Shown: positions 36,154 through 47,000 of the stretch, one piece after another | How positions within the stretch are numbered: the stretch's first letter is position 1 | Layout: each line of letters starts with the position of its first letter | IMG/VR virus record: IMGVR_UViG_3300030329_002202 | Location: 1 to 59,542 of that record | DNA length: 59,542 nt | Direction: 5' to 3' (one strand) | DNA from: a virus | Taxonomy: Duplodnaviria; Caudoviricetes | Notes under the pieces: model-generated | Databases searched by the model: none | What the model was told of the DNA's origin: nothing | What the model saw: only the letters and a program-made list of their open reading frames with translations | Translations under genes and position numbers: made by a program

Positions 36154-38037
36154 ATGCCAATAGCTAATGTATCACAAATAGTAGGGAAAAGAGACCTTGT
36201 TGCTGAGGCACAGGGTTGGGCTGACATTTATCTGAGAAGAAAAAAGATGGAGGCAGAATTAGCAGAAGAAGAACGTGCTAAACAACCTAAGCCATACGAT
36301 TTCAGTGTTGCCACATTTGGGACAAAGAATGAGAATATGTTGAAAATTCAAGAAGACCTTAATGACCAGGCTTATGAATATGCTATGGCCAACACTCATT
36401 TATTAAACATAGACCCTCGTTCTGAGGATTGTGGTCCTGAATGTAAAAATGCACACAGAACGCTTCATAATATGCAAGGAGCTGCATCAACCTTTAACAC
36501 TTATGGTGATGATTTAAAACAGAGATATGATGCTCTAGCTGAATTAATGCGTACAGACCCAGATAATTACGATAACGCAGAAAATCATCAAAGGCTAGAA
36601 GACATGAAAAACATCTGGGAAAATGGTATGGGTGGTGAGAATTTTACTTTTTCTTTCGCTGATAATGGTCGTTTAGTTGTCAATACAAGAAAGAGGAATA
36701 AGACTCAAAAAATAAAAACAGATTTAGATGGTAGGACTGTGTTTCAAGCAGATGGTGTTACCCCTGTTTATCTATATCAAGATGCTAATTGTTCTATTTG
36801 TGAGACAGATGACCCCACAAAGGCTGCATTAGATGGTAATGGAAACCCTATTCCTATTATGGTTGATATGGATACAGGTCAGGAAACTGACTGGGAGACT
36901 GGTCAATTAGGTTTTGCAGACTGGTTGACAGACCTAGGTTTTAGTGATAAAATAGTAAATGCCAATAGTTCTAATTTTTCAAATACAAACAAAGAATATG
37001 CTAACTTGGTTTTTCATGATGGTCAAGGTAATTATCAGGATTATGAAAAAAAATCCCACGAAGCTCTAGAGTTTCACATATTTGGTAACAATGGATATTG
37101 GGATGATAGAACTGGAACTGGTAGAACTAATGGCCACTCTAAGTATCTTGAAGTGTTAGTGAGACAAGATAAGGGTCCTGACCATATTATAACTAAAGCA
37201 GACCTTGTTCAAAAAGCATATGAACTTGGACATGCACATCAAACAGGTCAAACAACTACTGATAAGAAAAAGCAGGTAGAGTCTATCTATAATTTTGAAG
37301 TAAGCACAATTGGTGGAACAGACTTTAATCAAGACTTGGTGTATGATAAAGATAATAATTATATTCTATCACAAACACAAAACCCTGATTATAAAACAGA
37401 TATATCAGAATCTAGTCACACATTTGAGGGTAGTTATATAGACACTGGAGAGACAGGATATGTTAATCTTAATGTTCAGGTAAATCCAAAAGAAGTAACT
37501 CTTATAAGTGGTGACAGTAGATTTAAACAGGTAGAAAACACCAATCAATTATCGTCTTATCTAGACCAAGCTACATTTAGAACAAACACATATGGTGTGG
37601 CTTTATTTTATAAAGGTAGAGCTATTTCTGATGAAGCTTATTTAAAATTAAGTGACGAGGAAAAGAAGAATGTTAGCTATGAAAGAGCTTTATATGGTGA
37701 AATGTTATTACCTAAAGCTGATGAAAGCTACCTACTACAAATGGGGATAATATCAAAACCATATAAAACAACTGCAGATGGGGAATATATTGTTATACCA
37801 GCAATTACAAAAGCAAATAGATATGATAGAAGAATTGGTGGTTTAGGTGCCTCTAAAGAGGGTCAAGGAACTATTAATGAGAATATGATAAAAGATGCTG
37901 AATTATTAAGGAAACAAAAAAATCTAATGCATCAATGCTCTTTAAACCCTGATTTCCATGCAGATTGTAAAAAACTAACAAGTGGCAGCAGTAGTAGTAG
38001 TGGTTCTAATATAAACACAGGTGTATATAATCAATAA
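36154..38037 (+). CDS. Probable internal virion protein
   Basis: 627 aa, between the ejection protein and the giant protein (positional inference). Confidence 0.55.
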   Translation: MPIANVSQIVGKRDLVAEAQGWADIYLRRKKMEAELAEEERAKQPKPYDFSVATFGTKNENMLKIQEDLNDQAYEYAMANTHLLNIDPRSEDCGPECKNAHRTLHNMQGAASTFNTYGDDLKQRYDALAELMRTDPDNYDNAENHQRLEDMKNIWENGMGGENFTFSFADNGRLVVNTRKRNKTQKIKTDLDGRTVFQADGVTPVYLYQDANCSICETDDPTKAALDGNGNPIPIMVDMDTGQETDWETGQLGFADWLTDLGFSDKIVNANSSNFSNTNKEYANLVFHDGQGNYQDYEKKSHEALEFHIFGNNGYWDDRTGTGRTNGHSKYLEVLVRQDKGPDHIITKADLVQKAYELGHAHQTGQTTTDKKKQVESIYNFEVSTIGGTDFNQDLVYDKDNNYILSQTQNPDYKTDISESSHTFEGSYIDTGETGYVNLNVQVNPKEVTLISGDSRFKQVENTNQLSSYLDQATFRTNTYGVALFYKGRAISDEAYLKLSDEEKKNVSYERALYGEMLLPKADESYLLQMGIISKPYKTTADGEYIVIPAITKANRYDRRIGGLGASKEGQGTINENMIKDAELLRKQKNLMHQCSLNPDFHADCKKLTSGSSSSSGSNINTGVYNQ

Positions 38038-38039
38038 TA

Positions 38040-41000
38040 ATGAACGAACAAGCTTTAAAAGACGCATACGAACTATTTAAAAGTGGTGGTTATAATGGAA
38101 GTATAGAAGATTTTACAGGTCTTATAGCTTCTAACCCTAACGCTTTAAAAGACTCTTATAATCTCTTTAAAGGAGGTGGCTATACAGGTTCTCTTGAAGA
38201 TTACTCCACTCTTATTGGATTAAAAAAAAAAGTCGAAGGAGAAGCACCAGAGGGGGAAGTACCAGAAGGAGGGGAACCTTTGGATGTGGATGGTGGTACA
38301 TCAGATGTGGAAGATGGTGGTTTGGCCTCTTCAGAGATTGAGCAACCAACTCCAACAACTCCACAATATCAATTATTCCACAAAAATGGTGGTGCTACAC
38401 CAATAACTAGAAATAGAATACTTACATCTATCACTGATGAAGATTTCCTGTTAAGCTTGTCTACAAAAGAATTATCATTAAGCATAACAAACGATGACCC
38501 ACTGCAAGAGATGGTTAATAGTGCTATTGCTGGATATGAGAAAAAAATATCTGAAGAGGAGCCAGAGATAAGTCCATCAAATGAGTCTGATAGAATTAAT
38601 TATAGTAAAGCTGTAAATGAAGAGACTTTAGTTCCTTTATCAAAGGAAAATGACAGAATATCTTTAAACCCAACATTATCAAAAAATTTAGTAAACCCTA
38701 TAGTTAATGATGCATTAAGAGAGCTAAATGAGGTTTGGCTAGAAAATCCAGGGCTAAACGTTGAAAGCACATATAGAGATGAGGAATTAAATACCAGTGT
38801 AGGTGGCGATGTAAATTCTTACCACTTGCATGGATTAGCTATTGACCTTACTGGACCAAATGCTAAAAAGTTTCTAGAATGGGTAAACACAACAAAAGAG
38901 GGTAAAGCCTGGGCTGAAAAATGGACTGAGGGTGCTGCTGGTGGATTAGGGGTTATTTTAGAAGATGAGGCAGGTAAAGGTGAGCATGTTCATATTCAAT
39001 TTAAAAGAGGTCTCAGCACTGTAGCTAATCAAGCAACTGTATTACCATCTGATGGGTATAGTTCTGTGTCTAGGTCAAATGATGGATTAGGTGAGTATGT
39101 AGATGGAATGTGGGTTCCATCAGCAACAAGTCCAGTTGTTGATATTGGTTTTGATGATGATGATAGATTATCTTGGCTAGATAGAAGTGGTATAGATTTA
39201 GGTGATGGCGAAGATGAAGAAGAGGTGGTGGAAGGAGACGTTTTTGACCAAGACTCTTCATTTGAAACTTGGTGGGATGAAACCTTTGGGCCAAAAGAGG
39301 GAAGACACCATAGAAACACCCTTAATGATATTAGACATTTATTAACTGAACAGGAAATTCAGGATTTAAATAATATTATAGAAACATCTAAATGGCAAAA
39401 AGGATTTTGGGGATTTATGAAACACCCATTTAGGTGGCTTGGTGTGACAAATAAAGAGTTGCAGGAGGAGGGTTTTGCAGGGTTTAATGAAACCCAAGTT
39501 GCAAGAGCTTTTATCTATGATAAGATAATGGACAAGGTTCAGGCCCATATTGAGGGGTATTTAGCTAGTGGCTGGGAGCACCTTGGAAATCAAGTATATA
39601 AACACACTGAGTCAGGTGTTGTTATATCTCCAGAAAACACGCAAGGAAGACATCCACTTTTAGCATATTCATCTGCACTACCAACCCTTATAGAGAGAAT
39701 ACATAAAAACCCTGATTATCTTAATGTATTTGAGCTCAAGGAAGGTGTTGAAAATGGTGATTTACTAGCAGACAAGATAATGGAGATTTATAAGGAGTTT
39801 AATCCAGAGATGCACGAATATTATACTCAACAAATTGGAACAATGCGTGAGGTGTGGGAAACAGAAGTTGGTGATTATCATTTAATGATAGATGCAAATG
39901 GAGAGATAACAGATATGAGTGTGAAAGTGGGGAAGAAAAAGAAAAGGTATAAGGTGATAAAAAAAGACTCTAAAGAATTTAACAAGATAGCTCACCAGTA
40001 CCACTCAAATAGAGACGAATACCCCTTAAGGTATTCTACTGACATGATTGGACAAAAGCAGAATGAGTATGGGGAGGTTTCTTACGCAACTGATGAAGAG
40101 GGTGAGGGTTTTGAGAGAAAAAAGGTTTTAGAGGGTGAGTTAAAAGAAAGAGCTACAGGTTTTGTGCTAAATTCTCTAATGCCTATACTAGATTCTAATG
40201 AGAAAAATATGAGCAACAGTGGTGTTAATCAAAAAACAGCAGCATTAGGAGCTCAATTATCTGCTGGATTAGATTGGTTGGAAAAACAAGAATCTCTAAT
40301 ACGTGATTTTCCAAGACATGCTACTGGACAAGTAGATACTAGAAATATGTCTAATTCAGATATAGAGAGGTATAATCAATTAATTACTGACTATAATGCT
40401 TTTTTTAATGGCAGGTGGCAAGAACTACTAAAAGAGCATGAAATATTTAAAAAAGAAAATAGCGAGGTTCCTGAACACAGTACACTAATAGACTCATTTA
40501 ATAATGTTGCAGCATACTACCAGTCATTAGATGATGGTGAAGATGACTATGCTAGATATGTTAAAGCTATAAGAGCTAAACAAAACCAAGCTAATAAAAG
40601 TTTTGAAGAAGCAACTTGGGTAGGAAAACAAATTAGACAAGGGGCTGTAATAACAAATGACTTATTTAACACATTTGTTAGAAATGTTGCTGCTTCTCCA
40701 AGGTGGATTAAAGGTGTTTTTACTGATGAGAATATATATGATGGGGCAGATATGCTGGCAGACAATATTACTGCAAATTTAGATGCTAATACTTATTTTA
40801 ATGCGATGAACCCATCTTGGTCTCTTAAAGCTTCTCAATTAAATACAGAGGCTTGGGGAAAATATTGGTACACAGACGTTGAGGGAAAAAGGTTGACTTT
40901 TAATAAGCAGGGGCAAGTCACAAATATATTTGGAGATGATGGAAGAATTATTCAGCCTGGTTCTGATGAATATAAAGAAATTATTAGTGAGTATAATTCA

Positions 41001-44000
41001 AATCAAGATAAATACCCTATACAATACGATAAAAGGTGGGGAAGTGTTCTTTATAATACTGTTCATGCTGGTGGGGGTTTTGCCATAGACATGACAATAG
41101 GTAGATTGGCTATGGGTAGAGCAAAGGTTCTAGGATATGGTCAAAGGGGTCAGAGATATGCTTTCATGGGTGGTCTTTCTGGAGCAACTCACTTAAGGGT
41201 TTATGATGATTTTTATAGAGAGGGTTTAGACCAGGGTATGCTTCCTGGAGAGGCTACTGATTTTGCTTCTCAAGCATCATTTGTAACATCTCTTGTTGAG
41301 ATAATAACCCCTGATGTAGGTATGATTTCTGCTTCTGTAAGGGGTGGGGTTAAGAAACAGCTTAGGGATAAAATGATGGATAACATACAGGGCAGGGTTA
41401 CTACTAGTGCTGTTAATAGAGCATATAGAAAAAAAGTTTTAGGTAATGTAGCTTATTATGGGACAATGGAAGGTCTTGAAGAGGTTGGTCAACATTATGG
41501 TGTAGACCAAATAAAAGACAAGTATTATGGAGAGTTTAATTTCAATACAAATTGGGATTGGGACGTTGCTAAGGAAGAGTTTGTCATTGGAGCTTTATTG
41601 GGTGGTGGAACAACTGCTGTTTCAACATATACCTCTGGTAAAGACCATATAATGGGTGGATTATACAAAGAAGCGTGGTTTAATGCATACTTAAACCAAC
41701 AGGGTTATTATGACGCTTTAGATGGTATGTTAGGTAAGACAATGATGATAAATGGTTTAGAGGTTGAAATGACTCAAGCTAAAATAGATAAACTCAAAAC
41801 AGAAGGAAAATCTAAATTTGAAGCATTAAATAAAATATTAAAATCAAACAACGCAACCAACTTATCTGAATCTTCAAAAATGGAGATTATGCATCTACTA
41901 GAAATGAAGGGTTATGCAGAGGCTTTCCAGGGTTCCTTAGATGCAAATGAGAAAAGTGAAGCTGAGTTGATGATAAAGGAGACAGAGTCTGCTATTCAGA
42001 AAATATTAACTGGTCAAGATGTTGGTGATGCTTTATATACTTACTATGAGAATTTAGATGGAGGGGTTAAAGAATATTTAGGCAAGTATATGAAAGGGAG
42101 AGATGTTCCTTTTGGTGTTAAAGCTCTTATAAGAAAAATAGTTAAGGGAGAGTCTTTGACAGAAAGCGAGAAGGCAGCATATTTATCTTCTATAAACCAA
42201 GATATAACAGAACTAGATGCTAAGGAAAATTTAACAAAAGAAGAGAAAAATTACCTAAGTATATTAAAGAAATTAGAAAATGACGTTACTAACTTAACAA
42301 CTAAAAAAGATGAAACAACTACCACTAGAGATACAGGAAAGGCTGAACGAACTGCCAGAGGAGCTAAAGGTAAAAGTATTAGAGAAGCTATTGAAGATGC
42401 TGCAAACGAACAAGATAGAACAACCCTCAACCAAAACATTGGAAAACCAGTCTCCTACAAAGGAAAAAAAGGAATCTTAGAGAAAAATAAAAAAGGTGAG
42501 TTTATTTTAAAAACTCCAGGTAAAGGTAGAGGTATAAAAATAAAAGATGCTGGAACTGGTAGAAAAAGACTATCAACTGTAGGGTTGAAATATGAAGGTA
42601 AAACCTTATCAGTAACACCTAATAATGAATTAATTGTAGAAGGAGATAATAAAGGAGAGATTTTAGGATTATCTAAGGATACATCAGGAAAACTTGGTGG
42701 TGTTGTTATGTTAGATAATGAACAAAATGAATCTATAAAAAAGAAAGCTAGGGCAAAGTTCAGAAGACTTCAAAAGCAAAGAAATGAGGGAAAAATAACG
42801 CAACAACAATTCATAGATGGTATAAATAATACAGCAGGTTTAAGTATAGAATCTAATAATGAAATAAGAGCTAAATCAGCAGCAGACTTCCTTGTTAATT
42901 CAATAATTAACACTGGTAAAGCTGATGTTATAAGCATGAAGGATGTTGAGAAAATGATAAAAGAAGCTACAGAAGAGTCTGGTGTTGAAGAGCAGAAAAA
43001 AAAGGAAGAAACTAGTAGAAAAAAATCAACTACATCTAAAAGAAATAAGAGAAAGAAAATTAAAGAACAAAAAGTTTCTCCTGACCCACTCTGGGATAGC
43101 AGAGAGATGACTATTGAAGATATAGATGCATTAATAGCAAAATATGATAAATATGCTGGTGATGTTTATAAAAGAAAAGTTGCAGTTTTAAAAATAGTCA
43201 AGAAGCTGTATAATTCATTAGGATTTGATGTAACTGTTCATATGGATAGAGCACAGTTAGAATCTTACTTTTCTAGTATTGGTCAACCAGTGGTGACAAC
43301 AAGTAGAGGTATATCTTTTGAAGCTGGTTTGGAGGGTGCAACACCACAAATGCATATCAATCTAGATATTGCAAATCCTAATACAATGTTCCATGAGTCA
43401 GCACATCCATTTGTGACTTCATTACATAAGTTGGCTGAAACAAACCCAGAAGTTAAAAAATTACTTGCCAATATTAAAAAAGACCTAGGAAAAATAAAAG
43501 ATGGTTATTATATAAAATGGGCTAAAAAAGGATATGGTGTAGATAAAAATGGTTTCCCAACAGATAATGAGGCTGATATAGTTAATATGGATAAGGTTAT
43601 GCAAGAAGCTCTATCTGAGTTTTTAGCTGATGTAGGATTACAAAAATATGAAGATGACCAGTCTATTTTAGGTAAAGCTAAATCATATATTAAATCTATA
43701 GTAAAATACCTGTTTGGGAAAGATATAGGCACCCCACCATTAGAACTAACCTTAGAGGATTTAAGTAATTTAACAGACCTTGAGGGCGTTCAAAAGGTGT
43801 TTACTCAAGCTACATCACGTGGTTTAAATATAAACGAGAAATCAGAAGGAACAAACCCTATTGAAGCAAAATATCAATTGGCACCACCAGAAAACTCCTC
43901 TGAGTTTGAAGAATGGTTTGGCAATTCTAAAATTGTGGATAAAAATGGAAATCCTGTAGTGTATTATCATAGAACTAAAAATGAATTTGACGCATTTAGA

Positions 44001-47000
44001 GCAAATGTAATAACTGGTGAACAGCTTACTGCTTATGTGAGTCCTAGTGAGTCTTGGGCCAACGAGTTTATGGATATAATAGAGAGTGAAACATTACGTA
44101 AAGATAGATACACAAATCTAAGAACGATTCCTTTGTATGTTAAAGCAGAGAATCCATTTGATTTTAGAAATAAAGAGCATACAGATATGCTTTTTGATGC
44201 TTACGTAAAAGAATATGCTGGAGATTATGAGCTTGGGGGAAAAGAATATACTAGTCAGGAAAGGATAATTCCTCAACCAACTTTAGACGATAAGGTTGAT
44301 AAAAAAACTTTCTTTGATAGTCTTCAAAATAATGACAACTGGGCCTTAATTGAATCACATGAATATCTTATAAGTCAAATTCTAGGATTTGATTCAATGT
44401 TTATTAGTGAAACCAATAGGAGGGACGATGTAGAGTTAGAATCTGCAGTAAATCTAGCAGTATTTAATCCTCAACAACAATTAAAATCTGTTGATAGAAC
44501 AACTGACTTTGACTCACCTAAATACCAGTATGATATTAATGAGCAATTAGAAGCACATAATACTGGTGGTGGTTCAAGTTTTAATAATTTCTTTGGAAAA
44601 GTTGAAGGGGCATATGCTGCTGTATCTATATTTAACGATAGAAATAAGCAGATACCAGGAAACAAGCTAAATAAATCAGACTTAGATAGTTTTAGAAGTG
44701 AAAATCAATTTATATTAGACCAGCATGAATCTATAGTGGTGGGAACTTGGTATGATGAAGAAAACAACTTAATTGACCTAGATGTTTCTGTAGCTATACC
44801 TAAAGCTAAACTTGATGAGGCTATAAAACTTGGGGTGGAGTTTAATCAAAAATCTATTTGGGACCTAGAGTTAAACAAACCTATTCCAACAGGGGGAACA
44901 GGAAAGGTGACAACGCAGGATGCATCTAATCTACAAGAGAGAATAGATAAGATTAAAGAGATAGTTGGAAAATTAGACCCTAAATATCAAAGAAACATAG
45001 AGCTTGAAGGTAAACCTGGCTTCTCAACATTAAATAATGCTTTAAAATTCTCAACCATGTCCCATGGAACTCCTAAGCAGTGGATTAAGGAGATTAAAAA
45101 ATATGGTGGTAAAAATATAGATAATGAGATGGCATTTATGGGAATTAAAGATTTCTTAGAGTCTGTTGAAACATCTTATCCTGGTGGTATACCAAAAGTT
45201 GCTATAGAGGACTATATAGAAATGCACCAAACATCAATGAACTTTGATGGAAATACTATGAGTATTATGTTGGGTAACGAAACACTTGGTAATTTATCTT
45301 ATGAGCTAAAAACAAATGAAGATGGTGAGGTAGTTTTATTTATAAAGGATATAAAATCACCAGCAGACAGAATGATGTCTAATCTAGCTCCTATTATTAG
45401 ACACGTTATTAGATTTGCTACTGAACAAAATTATGATGCTATTGCTTTTGAGGATGGCTCTACATTTAAAGGACCAAAAGTAGAGTTCTTTAACAGCGTT
45501 GTGCCAGAGGTTATTAGTGATATATTATCCAGTATAGATTCAAAAGCTGGTCCAGTATTGACAGAGGTTGATGGTCAGGGAAAGGTTTCTATGGATATAA
45601 CCAACAGTGTATTATCTAATGTTCTAGATGTAACACTACCTAGTAACGATACAAAGAACAATGACAACTTCAACGAAGAAGCTAAGATAGCATATTCAAC
45701 AGACCCTAAATATCAAACATACACAACTTTTAATGGAATAAAAGACCTTTTTACAAACTTCAACCTAAAAAGAGAGTTTGCCCCAATGGGTAATATACCT
45801 AAAGAGGTATTTGACAAAGGATGGAGACATAAGTCTAGAATAAAGGCTGAGAAGTTTAAATTAATGAAGCTGATAGATAGACTTAGGGTTGCTATACAAG
45901 CAAACCAAGAAGGAGATAATCCTGTGTCAATAGAGGCTATAAACGAGATGCTATCTGACCCATCAGTAAAAATTCAAGAGTTAGAATCTTTAATAGAGAA
46001 TTATGAGCTCGATTTAGAGACCTTAGATAGAGATGGAAAGAGATATTTAGCTGGAGATGTTTTAAATAAAATAAGAGCTACAGAAGCTGACATAAAAGAA
46101 CTAAAAGAAAAAGCTGTTGGTAAGGCTAAAATGAAAGATTTAGATGGAGACCCTGAATTGCAAAAAATAATTAAACAAGTAAGAAGAAAAATAGATTCTT
46201 TTAGTAGAAAAATAAAAACCCTAGTCAACGATAAGTTAGGTATAACTATAGATAAAAATTTAGGAGTATACTTAAATAGACAGTATAGAATACATCACGA
46301 CCCTAAATATAATGATAAAATGATTAAGGTTATTGATGATATGATTAAGGCAGGTGAAAATCCAGTTAAAATAGCTAAAGTGATGAATAGGTTTAAAAAA
46401 GAATATGACTTAATCCAAGCTGCCTCAGTTGTTGTTAGAGAAGGTTTAGAGAAACACTACAAAGGAAGGGATGTTTCTGAAACAGCAGTTTTACAAGACA
46501 TAAGAAGAATGTTTCAAGATGGTCCTGAATCTAGTGATTTTGTTCAAGCTGTTAGAAGGTCTAATGATGTTAACACAGGTATTTTAAAAAAGAGAGTGGA
46601 TATGCCTGATGCTATAATGGAACTATTCTCTCCAGTAAAGAATCCATTATTTAATATAGTTAGTACAATAACTAAACAAGTGTCTGAAATGGAAACTATG
46701 GCTTTTAAAGCAGAGGCTGTTGCCATGTTAAATGGTTCTCTTCTGTTTGATAAACTATCAATACCACCTGGGCAAGAATCCTTATATAGTGAAGAGGTTA
46801 AATTAAAATATTCAGATGAGGTCTATTATACAACAAAAGAGATTAAAGAGTTTATTGATGGAGAGGTCTATGACCCATCTCTATTCCTTAAGAGTATGCA
46901 GAGAATTAATGGTGCTATTAAACTTGGAAAAACTGTATGGTCTTTTAAAACACACGCAAGAAACTTTATAGGTAATATGTATTTTGCATCTATAAATGGT

